From an uncultured Spirochaetota bacterium (GTDB lineage Bacteria > Spirochaetota > Brevinematia > Brevinematales > JAOACQ01), in the NCBI GenBank assembly GCA_963783575.1, contig CAWAOD010000013.1, positions 228,826 to 292,825 of the forward strand: DNA of 64,000 bases. Reading direction: 5' to 3'. A model generated the notes under the pieces. It did not search any database. It saw only the letters and a list, made by a program, of their open reading frames with translations, and had not been told where the DNA came from. Made by a program: the position numbers and the translations under genes. Numbering within the stretch: the first letter of the stretch is position 1; each line of letters opens with the position of its first letter. This document shows, piece after piece, positions 44,744 to 53,976 of the stretch.

Positions 44744-45325
44744 TCAAGCATCATGCCTGCTGTTTATACCCTTATAGAATATATCGAGAAGCACCGGTAT
44801 TAATTTTTCTATTGGCGGCTTTATTTCACTTGCGAGAAAAACCGACGCTATTGTTCCCTGGATCATTGTCATCAAAACTCGCGCTGTCCTTGCCGGATCG
44901 ATCTGCCGGAATATCCCCCGTTTTGTTCCATTACTGATAGCTTCCGATAAAATAGAAATATTATCATTTATTACCGATTTTATTTCTTCCTGCATTTTTT
45001 GCCTTACGCCTGGCACTTCCCGGCGTATCGTCTGGAAAATATCGGAGGTCTCAAATAAAAAGCCGATCACGCCATTAACCGAAGCCTCTATGCATTTAAC
45101 CGGGTCGGATTCAGACTTTACTTTTAGAAGTATTTCCTTTATCCTCCTGATGTTCTCTTTGATAAGGGCGAGAATTATCGATTCTTTATCCTTAAAATGA
45201 TGGTAAATAGTAGCTTTGCCGATCCCTGCTTTCTGTGCGATCTGCCTGACCGGTGTAGCTGTAAAACCTTGTTTTGAAAATAGCCCTCTTGCCGCATTTA
45301 AAATTGAAAAATAAGTGTCATTCAT
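44744..45325 (-). CDS. TetR/AcrR-family regulator
   Basis: ILNAARGLFSKQGFTATPVRQIAQKAGIGKATIYHHFKDKE. GGAG RBS favours ATG 45325. Confidence 0.92.
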   Translation of the reverse strand: MNDTYFSILNAARGLFSKQGFTATPVRQIAQKAGIGKATIYHHFKDKESIILALIKENIRRIKEILLKVKSESDPVKCIEASVNGVIGFLFETSDIFQTIRREVPGVRQKMQEEIKSVINDNISILSEAISNGTKRGIFRQIDPARTARVLMTMIQGTIASVFLASEIKPPIEKLIPVLLDIFYKGINSRHDA

Positions 45326-45335
45326 AATTTTCTCC

Positions 45336-45390
45336 ATTCGACCGTCCGTTCGGTCGAATTAATCATAAAATTATAATTTGTTAATGTCAA
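45336..45390 (-). promoter_or_regulatory. Promoter with an overlapping palindromic operator
   Basis: Minus-strand TTGACA (45390-45385), 17-bp spacer, TATGAT (45367-45362). ATTCGACCG-N6-CGGTCGAAT at 45336-45359. Confidence 0.75.
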
Positions 45391-45444
45391 GAATATTTCT
45401 TATTTTTCTTCCATACTTTACAATATTATGAAGCGGAGTTTATC

Positions 45445-45969
45445 ATGGGCATTGAATCCACTCATATAAAAGTAAAATTGGTCATTCCGGTACTTTATTC
45501 CGATGAAAATATCCTGGGTAAAATAATACCGGAATTATACGATGAATTCGGAGAAACGGATTTCCGCAGTGAAAGTTTCATTTTTTCTTTTACAAATTAT
45601 TATGATGATGAAATGGAAGGCGAGACTTTTAGAACCTTTTTTTCCTTTAAAAAGCTGATAGATATTGAAGAGCTTGTAAATATTAAAAAAAAGACAAATT
45701 GGCTGGAACTAAAATACTCTGTGAACGGCAAAAGGAAGGTCAACCTTGATCCGGGTTATCTGGAACTTGGAAAATTTGTACTGGCTACAACAAAAGACCA
45801 GCAACACCGGCTATATATCAGGGATGGAATTTATGAAGAAATTACCCTTTACTACCGGGCTAAAATATGGCGTCACTATGATTGGACCTACCCGGATTAC
45901 CGGAGTGAAAATTACAAATCAATTCTTATGCAGGTTCGTGAAATATATTATAAGCAGATAAAAGAATAA
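45445..45969 (+). CDS. DUF4416-family protein
   Basis: FTNYYDDEM, KKKTN.LE, RKVNLDPGYL, LATTKD..HRLY, WTYPDY. Confidence 0.8.
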   Translation: MGIESTHIKVKLVIPVLYSDENILGKIIPELYDEFGETDFRSESFIFSFTNYYDDEMEGETFRTFFSFKKLIDIEELVNIKKKTNWLELKYSVNGKRKVNLDPGYLELGKFVLATTKDQQHRLYIRDGIYEEITLYYRAKIWRHYDWTYPDYRSENYKSILMQVREIYYKQIKE

Positions 45970-46046
45970 TGGCGTCAAGCCGTTTTCGATATATTATATA
46001 TTTTTATTGAAATTTATATCGATCAAGCTAGCCTGCCCTGAGTTTA

Positions 46047-47737
46047 CAGACTGTGTGAAAACACAGTAAATATGCTATAATTATTAGAACAAAAATAATC
46101 GGAGTAAAAGATGAAGCATATTGAGGGAGAATCAAGGGATCAGATAGTTCTGTTCAATGAAACACTGGAAGATCTGTTAGGAGAAGAAGATCCGGTAAGG
46201 TTTATAGATATTTTTGTTGATAAGCTAAATATGAAAGGAGTTGGTTTTAAAGTAAAAGAAGCATCAACCGGCAGAAGTTCATATAAATCCGAAATACTTT
46301 TAAAAATCTATATTTACGGATATTTGAATAAAATCAGGACAAGCAGGAAATTAGAGAGAGAGTGCCGAAGAAACACAGAGTTGATGTGGCTGACTGGACG
46401 ACTAGCGCCGGATTTCAAGACGATTGCCGACTTCAGGAAAGATAATAAGAAGGGAATACAGTCGATATTCAGAGAATTTTTGAAGATATGTCATAAAGCC
46501 GGGCTTTTATCATTTGACGTTGTTGGAATTGATGGAACCAAGATCAGTGCGCAAAACCACAATAACAATGTTTATCATAGGAAAAACATAGAAGAAATCA
46601 TACATAGAATAGATCAAAAGATCGAAGAATATTTGAATGAGATGGATAAGAACGATAAGGAAGAAAAGAATGAATTTGAATTTCTTTCCGGAAAGATAGC
46701 GGAACGTTTAAAGAAAATGAAAACAAAAAAGGATAAAGTTGAGGCTATTAAAAAGATTTTTGAGGGAAATCCTGAAATGGAGAAATATTATTCAAATGAC
46801 CCGGAAAGCCGGTTTATGAATGATAAAGGGAAATCCGACATTGCATATAATCTGCAGATGGCAGTAGATGATGCGAATAAACTGATTGTGGCGATTGATG
46901 TGACGAATGAAAACAATGATATCAAACAGATGGCAGGAATGTGTGACCGAGTAGAAGAAATAAAGGACGAGCTTAAGGTAGAGACTGAAACGGTCAAAGT
47001 ATCGGATGCCGGTTATTACAGCGAACCGCAGATACTGGAATGTATAGATAAGGGACATAACGTATATATGCCGAATCCGGATGACGGACATAAGGCAAGG
47101 ATTCGAGGCAAAGAAGATAATAAAGGAGTACCTGCTGAAGAATACCAGGTTGATAAATTCAAATATGATCCGGGACAAGATGTTTATTATTGTCCGGAGG
47201 GAAACCCATTAGTGAGAAATGGGAAAAAAGTAGAGAAGGTCAATGGAGGAAAAGAGATAGTCAGGTACAAGTGCGGCTTATGCAGCCAATGTGAAGTAAG
47301 AAATAAGTGTACTGAAAGCGTGGAAGGACGAAGTATCAAAGTACCAGTTAGAAAAGAAGAAATTGAGAACTTCAAGAGGAAAATTCGTTCTGAAGCCGGG
47401 AAAAAGATCATAGAGAAAAGGAAAGAGATATGTGAACATCCATTTGGATCGATAAAAAGGAATATGGGTTACAGTTATTTTTTAATGAAGGGAAAGGATG
47501 GCGTTCTGACGGAATCCAGTTTGGCAGGATTCATTCATAATTTAATAAAAGTATTGAATATATTGGGAATAAAGAGACTTATGACTCTGGTTTGATGCTA
47601 ATAAACCATCGTTTATCGTATTCGGATAGATTTTTGAAACTAAGATTTTTTTAGCTTGAAAAATATATCAAAAAATGGAGTTTTTGTATAATTAATCGAT
47701 TTTACTATAAAATTTTACTGAGTTTTCACACAGTCTG
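46047..47737 (+). mobile_element. IS1182-family insertion sequence (1691 bp) inserted in a family-A REP
   Basis: TIR CAGACTGTGTGAAAACACAGTAAA / TTTACTGAGTTTTCACACAGTCTG (23/24). TTA duplicated. Confidence 0.92.
46111..47595 (+). CDS. IS1182-family transposase
   Basis: LLKIYIYGY...SRKLE...PDFKTIADFRK, IDGTK, DAGY, EHPFGSIK. Confidence 0.95.
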   Translation: MKHIEGESRDQIVLFNETLEDLLGEEDPVRFIDIFVDKLNMKGVGFKVKEASTGRSSYKSEILLKIYIYGYLNKIRTSRKLERECRRNTELMWLTGRLAPDFKTIADFRKDNKKGIQSIFREFLKICHKAGLLSFDVVGIDGTKISAQNHNNNVYHRKNIEEIIHRIDQKIEEYLNEMDKNDKEEKNEFEFLSGKIAERLKKMKTKKDKVEAIKKIFEGNPEMEKYYSNDPESRFMNDKGKSDIAYNLQMAVDDANKLIVAIDVTNENNDIKQMAGMCDRVEEIKDELKVETETVKVSDAGYYSEPQILECIDKGHNVYMPNPDDGHKARIRGKEDNKGVPAEEYQVDKFKYDPGQDVYYCPEGNPLVRNGKKVEKVNGGKEIVRYKCGLCSQCEVRNKCTESVEGRSIKVPVRKEEIENFKRKIRSEAGKKIIEKRKEICEHPFGSIKRNMGYSYFLMKGKDGVLTESSLAGFIHNLIKVLNILGIKRLMTLV

Positions 47738-47932
47738 TTAACGAAGGGAACCAAAGGGGCAAGCTTGTTGATTTATTTTATAGCAATTGTTATAATTATC
47801 AGGTTTATCGGGGTATAAGAAAAAAATACAGAGAGTAATCAATATAGCAATGCTAGTTTATTATCAGGTATAACCTATTAATAAATACGACTGTACGGTC
47901 GTAAAAAAATAATAATTCAGGAGAATAAATCG

Positions 47933-48931
47933 ATGGAAAAGGTAAAAAAGGAAACTCCGTTTCAGAAAAAAGGAACATGGGTTACATTCCGCCCGGATAT
48001 TAAAATCCTGGACTGTACCATTCGCGACGGGGGATTGATCAACAATTTTAAATTCGAGGATAAATTTGTTAAAGCCATCTATGATACCTGCGTCGCATCC
48101 GGTATAGATTATATGGAGCTTGGATATAAAGCCTCAAAAAAAATATTTTCAAAGAATGAGTTCGGCTGCTGGAAATTCTGCGATGAGGATTATATCCGTA
48201 AAATCATTGGAGATAATGATACGCCTTTGAAATTATCCGTAATGGCGGACGCTGATAGAACAGATTACCATGTTGACATTTTACCGAAAAGCGAAAGCAT
48301 TTTCGATCTCATCAGGGTGGCAACTTACATCCACCAGATTCCGGTTGCGCTTGACATGATTAAAGACGCTCACGATAAAGGCTACGAGACAACAGTTAAC
48401 TTAATGGCAATTTCAGTAGTCCATGAGAATGATCTATATGAAGCACTGGGCATACTGGCGGCTTCGGAAGTGGAAGTAATTTATCTTGTTGACAGTTTCG
48501 GCGCCCTCTACTCCGAGGAAATCAAGGACTTAACCGGTAAATACCTGAAATATGCCCAATCAACGGGCAAAAAAGTCGGCATTCATACTCATAATAACCA
48601 ACAGCTTGCTTATGCGAATACCCTGGAGGCGCTGATTCTTGGCGCGAGTTATCTTGACGCTACTATCGGCGGTCTTGGAAGGGGCGCGGGCAACTGCCCG
48701 ATGGAACTTCTCCTTGGATTTCTAAAAAACCCGAAATTCCACATCAGGCCAATTCTTCAGTTTATTCAGGAATATATCCTGCCGTTAAAGGAAAAAGTCT
48801 CCTGGGGTTTCGATATACCCTACATGATCACAGGTTTATTGAATCAGCATCCGCGCACCGCAATGGAATTCATCGATAAGAACGACCATAATTATGTGGG
48901 TTTCTACGATAACGCCATTGAAGAGGATTAA
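47933..48931 (+). CDS. HMGL-like (DRE-TIM) aldolase/lyase
   Basis: LDCTIRDGG, VDSFG, HTHNN, GRGAGNCPME. Confidence 0.88.
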   Translation: MEKVKKETPFQKKGTWVTFRPDIKILDCTIRDGGLINNFKFEDKFVKAIYDTCVASGIDYMELGYKASKKIFSKNEFGCWKFCDEDYIRKIIGDNDTPLKLSVMADADRTDYHVDILPKSESIFDLIRVATYIHQIPVALDMIKDAHDKGYETTVNLMAISVVHENDLYEALGILAASEVEVIYLVDSFGALYSEEIKDLTGKYLKYAQSTGKKVGIHTHNNQQLAYANTLEALILGASYLDATIGGLGRGAGNCPMELLLGFLKNPKFHIRPILQFIQEYILPLKEKVSWGFDIPYMITGLLNQHPRTAMEFIDKNDHNYVGFYDNAIEED

Positions 48932-49042
48932 CAAGCGTGACCTGTCTACCGCCAGGCAGGCCGCTTGACCTATGCAAAATAATTCGATTAGTACTATATT
49001 GAGCCAGTTAATAATTAACATCAAAAATATTTTTTCTTTTTT

Positions 49043-49304
49043 ACCACAGAGACACTGAGTCTCAGAGATTCATTAAATAACATTTAGTTTATTTTCAGGT
49101 CATGTCAAAAGTTTCACCTGCCTGGTCTGCCTACAACGGGATCTCCGGCAGGTAGGTGGCAGACAGGTGAAACTTGTACTAAGCCTGCCGAAGTAATTTG
49201 CTTTTATTACTATCTTAAGGTAAAGATAAATTGAAGCCATATTTTATTTGAAACTCAATAAAATACCAATAATAAAAATCTCAGTGTCTCTGTGCCTCAG
49301 TGGT
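49043..49304. repeat. Nested inverted-repeat element
   Basis: Outer arms ACCACAGAGACACTGAG...GAGATT and AATCTCAGTGTCTCTGTGCCTCAGTGGT. Inner 12-bp arms AAGTTTCACCTG (49109) and CAGGTGAAACTT (49164). Confidence 0.7.
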
Positions 49305-49340
49305 TATTGATTATATTATATGGGTGCAGCATCATGCCGC

Positions 49341-50393
49341 CTATACATTGAAAAGTATATTCATCACATCGCCGTCTTTTACGGGGTATTCCTTTCCTTC
49401 AAGCCTTAACTTACCTGTTTTCTTTGCCTCACTGAGGCTGCCTGTATGGATAAGATCATCGTAAGCTACAACCTCCGCCCGGATGAAGCCGCGTTCCAGG
49501 TCGCTATGAATTTTACCGGCTGCTTTCTGTGCATACGAGTCTCTTTTGACACTCCAGGCCCTGACTTCATCCTCACCGACCGTAAGGAATGAAATCAGAT
49601 TCAATGTTTTATATATATACTGAAGAAACCGGTCCATTGCAGGCTCAGACAGCCCTAAATCGGCCAGGAAATCTTTCTGGTCTTCTTTAGGAAGTTGTGA
49701 AATTTCCATTTCCAGATCGCCCCTGATCGAAAAGAGTGTTAGTTGATGGCTGTTTATAATTTTCTCCACTTCAGATAAATCCGTACTTTTTTCACCAAGA
49801 TTCGCAATTACGACAATGGGCTTATTGGTAATAAAACTGAAGCCGGCGAATAGCTTGAGATCGTCTTCGGACAAAAAATTCTCACCGATAAGCGAACCCG
49901 ACATCAATTTTTCCGCGAGCTTCTCAAGCAGTTGATATTCCCTTGTCGATTTTTTCCCTTCCTTGTCAAGCCTCTGCATTCTCTTTTCTATCATTTCATA
50001 ATCGCTGAAAATCATTGAATCAAGTATTTTTTTCAAATCAGCCGCAGGGTCGATTTTTTCAAATGGGTGGGCAACCGCTTCATTTATGAACGCCCTTACA
50101 GTCACGGCAACAGCCGTCAGGTTTCTGATATCCGCAATTGATGATGGCGTAATACCGCCCTGCTCGTTGAATTCTATCTGAAGGTCTTTAAAAACAACGG
50201 TTGCATACACACTTTTTTTCGGCTTGAAGATTTTTGAAAGTTCAGCAACACGAACGTCTGGAACATTAATTTCCGCAATGTTCATCTCTTTTTTTCCGCC
50301 GGAAAAAGCAGATGTCGCGGCGTTCTTACCCGTTAACGCGTTGAATATCGTTGTTTTACCCGAAATCGGGAGACCGATTAAGCCTGTTTCCAT
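49341..50393 (-). CDS. ychF: YchF-family ATPase
   Basis: GLPISGKTTIFNALT, VPDVRV, FLTVGEDEVRAW, IHSDLERGFIRAEV, EGKEY.VKDGD. Confidence 0.9.
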   Translation of the reverse strand: METGLIGLPISGKTTIFNALTGKNAATSAFSGGKKEMNIAEINVPDVRVAELSKIFKPKKSVYATVVFKDLQIEFNEQGGITPSSIADIRNLTAVAVTVRAFINEAVAHPFEKIDPAADLKKILDSMIFSDYEMIEKRMQRLDKEGKKSTREYQLLEKLAEKLMSGSLIGENFLSEDDLKLFAGFSFITNKPIVVIANLGEKSTDLSEVEKIINSHQLTLFSIRGDLEMEISQLPKEDQKDFLADLGLSEPAMDRFLQYIYKTLNLISFLTVGEDEVRAWSVKRDSYAQKAAGKIHSDLERGFIRAEVVAYDDLIHTGSLSEAKKTGKLRLEGKEYPVKDGDVMNILFNV

Positions 50394-50644
50394 ATTAACT
50401 CCTCAATTAAACTTTATTGTTAGCAATAATTAGTATGCTATTTATAATAGCATAAATTCCGGAAATTATAAAGACATGAAGAACTGGAAAAAAGGATTCC
50501 TTTAATAAAAATTCAGTTTTCAGATCGGAATGGATATCATTCCGGAGGGAGTTTGTACAATTCTTCTCCGAATTCTCTCTGTTCATGTCTGAAAACCTTC
50601 CATTCTCAATCAAATATGACAGATTCCACTATGAATTGGGAAAT

Positions 50645-50846
50645 CAAAAAGAAAAATCACCCCTTCGCATAAACGCCATTTCATGTGCAGCAATCGGTTT
50701 ATACTGAGGTGATGTTATTTCATGTTTTATTAAAGATTTTCTTATTTTAAAAGAGCCTCACTTTGCAGTCCTGCTGCGTTAGGGTCGTGGCCCTCCGTGG
50801 CCGCGAAATACGAACAGATCGATTGATCATTATAGGGGAATAACAA
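50645..50846 (-). repeat. About 200-bp intergenic repeat, family C
   Basis: Reverse complement aligns with 26356-26557. Confidence 0.88.
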
Positions 50847-50947
50847 CTTTTTTATACCAAGTTCACTTATTTTCTTCAGAGTAGATAATCAGAAATGGCG
50901 CTCCTGCTGCGATGTTATGATAAAATGAGGAAATAAAAAAAGAAATT

Positions 50948-51179
50948 TTGACAGGTGAGGGAGATGGTATTAAACTCTGCCCGGATATACTCAAGATGGG
51001 TATAAAAAGGCAGAAGAAGGCTGGCTGCTCCCCTGGGATATAACGGGATTCTTTTTGAGAATACCGAATAAAGCCCGAAGCTGCGAATAGTCCAGCCTTC
51101 TTCCTTACCAACATTATGGGACCGGAGCAAAGCTCCTGAACCCGAATAGACGGATGGCTGCCATTACTCAGCCCGTCAA
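50948..51179 (+). ncRNA. Predicted bridge/seek RNA
   Basis: Closing stem TTGACAGGTGAG / CTCAGCCCGTCAA. 12-bp stem GAAGAAGGCTGG / CCAGCCTTCTTC encloses target-matching segments. A second GGG-hairpin-CCC loop has donor-matching segments. Folded by eye. Confidence 0.75.
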
Positions 51180-51236
51180 GGTGACTTTTTTATATTTCTT
51201 CTTAAGTATTCTAAAACATAAGAAGGAGAGTGTCAA

Positions 51237-52307
51237 ATGTATTACGGAGTTGATTTGCATTCGGATAATCTGAAGGTTGCGATTCTTGGGGATAACGAAA
51301 CTGAACCGAAAATATTCAGATCGAGCCTTGAACCAAAGTATTTTGAAAAGTTTTTAAGCCGGTTAACAAAAGATGATTACATTGCAGTAGAAGCATCAAC
51401 AAACACATTCTGGTTTTATGACCAGGTTAAACCTCTGGTCGCGGAATGTTATGTAATCAATCCCGGTAAATTCCAATTGGTTTCAAACTCAATGGTCAAG
51501 ACAGATAAGAGGGACGCTATCAGTATTGTAAGAATGCTTAAATATAGTGTAATTACCGGAGAACCTTTACATACCATTTATATACCTAATTTGGAAGTAA
51601 GGGAAATCCGCGGGCTATTTACAACATATAAGCTTTTTAAGACGGATATTGTCAGAATGAAAAACAGGATTCATTCATTATTAAAGCAGAACGGTTACAA
51701 ACAGGAACGGGAAAGCCTGAATGTTAAAGGTACAAAAGAACAAATTCTTCAGCTTGATTTAAGCGAAACTGTAAAATTTGAGATAAATCTATTGTACAAG
51801 CAGATGGAAGAAATGATTAACAGTGCTAATGAAATAAAGAAAGAGATCTTGGTAAAAGGCAAGATATTCAAAGAGGAAATAAAATTACTAATGAGTATAA
51901 AAGGCATTAGTCCATTTACCGCGATAGGAATAATGTCGGATGTGGCTGATATTAACCGTTTTAACAGTGTAAAAGACTTTTGTTCTTATCTGAGATCGGC
52001 TCCAAAAGTGGATTCCTCGAATAAAATGACGAAAATCGGAAAGCTTAATAAGAAGTCAAGACGTTTAACGATGGAGTTATTAATCCAGAGCATTCAACAC
52101 TTTCGGGATTGTAAGAAATTTAATTATTTTTATGAAAAGAAAAGTAAAGGTAAGTCAAAAGGCAAAGTCAGGGTTGCATTAGCAAGAAAAGTCATGGTAG
52201 CTATTTATCATATGCTTAAAAAGAAAGAGTTGTTTTACTACATTGATAAGAAGTGTTATGAAAGCAAAATGTGTGAGTACAATAATTTCTTAAAAAAAGC
52301 CGCTTAA
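51237..52307 (+). CDS. IS110-family DEDD recombinase/transposase
   Basis: YGVDLH, VEAS, KTDKRDA (DEDD), SIKGIS, APKVDSSN (catalytic Ser region), VALARK. Confidence 0.95.
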   Translation: MYYGVDLHSDNLKVAILGDNETEPKIFRSSLEPKYFEKFLSRLTKDDYIAVEASTNTFWFYDQVKPLVAECYVINPGKFQLVSNSMVKTDKRDAISIVRMLKYSVITGEPLHTIYIPNLEVREIRGLFTTYKLFKTDIVRMKNRIHSLLKQNGYKQERESLNVKGTKEQILQLDLSETVKFEINLLYKQMEEMINSANEIKKEILVKGKIFKEEIKLLMSIKGISPFTAIGIMSDVADINRFNSVKDFCSYLRSAPKVDSSNKMTKIGKLNKKSRRLTMELLIQSIQHFRDCKKFNYFYEKKSKGKSKGKVRVALARKVMVAIYHMLKKKELFYYIDKKCYESKMCEYNNFLKKAA

Positions 52308-52458
52308 ACTCTTTACTTTTATCATAGACGGGGGGCAGGATTTTGTACTCGATACTTTTCATCTCTTTGCCCTTGTGATTATTGATTGGGACGGAATTAT
52401 AAGTAGAAAAAATAGTTATAATATAAGGCAGTTCTATTCTGTTTCTTATGTTTTTATT

Positions 52459-53976
52459 TTAGATAATTAATATTTTATCAGATCGTACACTTCCTATTCT
52501 CATATTTACACCGGGTTTTCTTACAATTTGCTTTTCCCACTCAATATCTTCAATAACCCAAGTTTTCATATATTCAATTGACTCTTTAATTAATTTAACT
52601 AAATTTAATTTAACATTTTCAATTATTGCTTTCTCATCATAGACACCAACAAATATTTCATTGTGACCTTGTGTTTTATCAAAATCTTCATGAATCAATT
52701 TTATTCTATCATAAATATAATTACTAATTTTATTATTTGGATAATCACTACCTTTCACTATTCCTTTGTTTATTAATTTAAATATATAATCTTCTTGAAG
52801 ATTAAAATCATATGATATATAAACTGGACAACAAAACCCATTTTCCCATCCACCTGTTATTTTAATAATAAGTTCATTATTTAAATCAAGAATTATCTTG
52901 TATGCTGAGAACATCGAACTTAATGATAATTCCTCAAATACATTCATTATAATATTTTTAGTTTTATTTAATAATTCTACTTTTTTAGTTCTTTTTAAAT
53001 TTTCTTCTTCTTTTATTCTATGCAATTCTTCAATACTGCTAATGGTATCTTGTTTTTTATTCTTTATTTCAGCTAAGATATTATCAAATGTATCTTTACT
53101 TTGTTCAAATATAATTTTTTTATTTGTATTATTAAATATTTCCAAACGTTTTTTGTAATCTTTAATTAACATGTTTTTAACAAATGAACAAATCTCGGTT
53201 TTAAAATCAACCCGTTGAATTGTTGGAATTTCATCTTTTATTGCAACAACCAATTTTGCATATGGTTCGGAATACTGCTTGAACAACTCATAGCCCATAA
53301 TTTTATCATGTAATACACCGCCAATTTGGTAAATATTGATTGCTCTCCATGATTCTTCATCATTTTTTTCTTATCTAAACAAATATTCTGGTGGTGCATA
53401 CCTTAAAGTACCGAAAAACGGTTTATTTCCTAATATATCAGTAATTGTCGGATCATCAATTACTTTCATTACACCTAAATCCATTAAGACCAGATCGTTT
53501 TTATCATTAATCATAATATTTTCTGGTTTTATATCTCTATGGACAACCCCTATCTTTAATAATTCTTCAGTTACATTAAATAAAATGTTAAAAGTATTTT
53601 TTATACATTCCTCATCCTGAGCACCTTTATTTATTATATATTCTTTAAGAGTAATTCCGTTAATAAATTCCATAATAATAAAATAATATTTGTCAGATTT
53701 ATTTGATATGCTTCCACCATCTAATATATTTACTAAATTATTAATTTTGTGATCTATTAATTTTAATTCATGATCTACTCTTGCTTTTTCTGTTTCATCT
53801 CCATATTTTTCAATTATCTCATTATCAAATATTTTAATTGCAACAGAATTTCCATCCTGATCTGATCTAAATACAACAGCAGATTTACCGTATCCTAATA
53901 TTGAATTTATTGTATATCCTTTTATATTTATCTTTTTAAAAATTTCTAAATATTCTTCTGATTTTCTTTTATCCAT
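52459..53976 (-). pseudogene. Low-GC Hanks-type Ser/Thr kinase with a C-terminal extension and a single in-frame TAA at 53371-53373
   Basis: LGYGKSAVV, VAIK, HRDIKPEN, DLG, GTLRYAPPE. The frame continues *EKNDEESWRAINIYQIGGVLHD into ORF 52459-53298. Confidence 0.85.

Larger units (their letters stand above)
50911..52328 (+). mobile_element. IS110/IS1111-family element with sub-terminal IRs and a long upstream non-coding end
   Basis: GA core at 50911-50912 and 52327-52328. Sub-terminal IR TATGATAAAA (50916) / TTTTATCATA (52317). The flanks rejoin into the hairpin TCCTGC-TGCGACGGGGG-GCAGGA. Confidence 0.88.

Noticed and set aside
50863..52365. 27-codon ORF (MKSIEYKILPPVAAGAPFLIIYSEENK) across the empty IS110 site on the minus strand
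   Set aside because: Short, weak RBS, no recognisable motif, and it overlaps repeat-like sequence. Likely chance.
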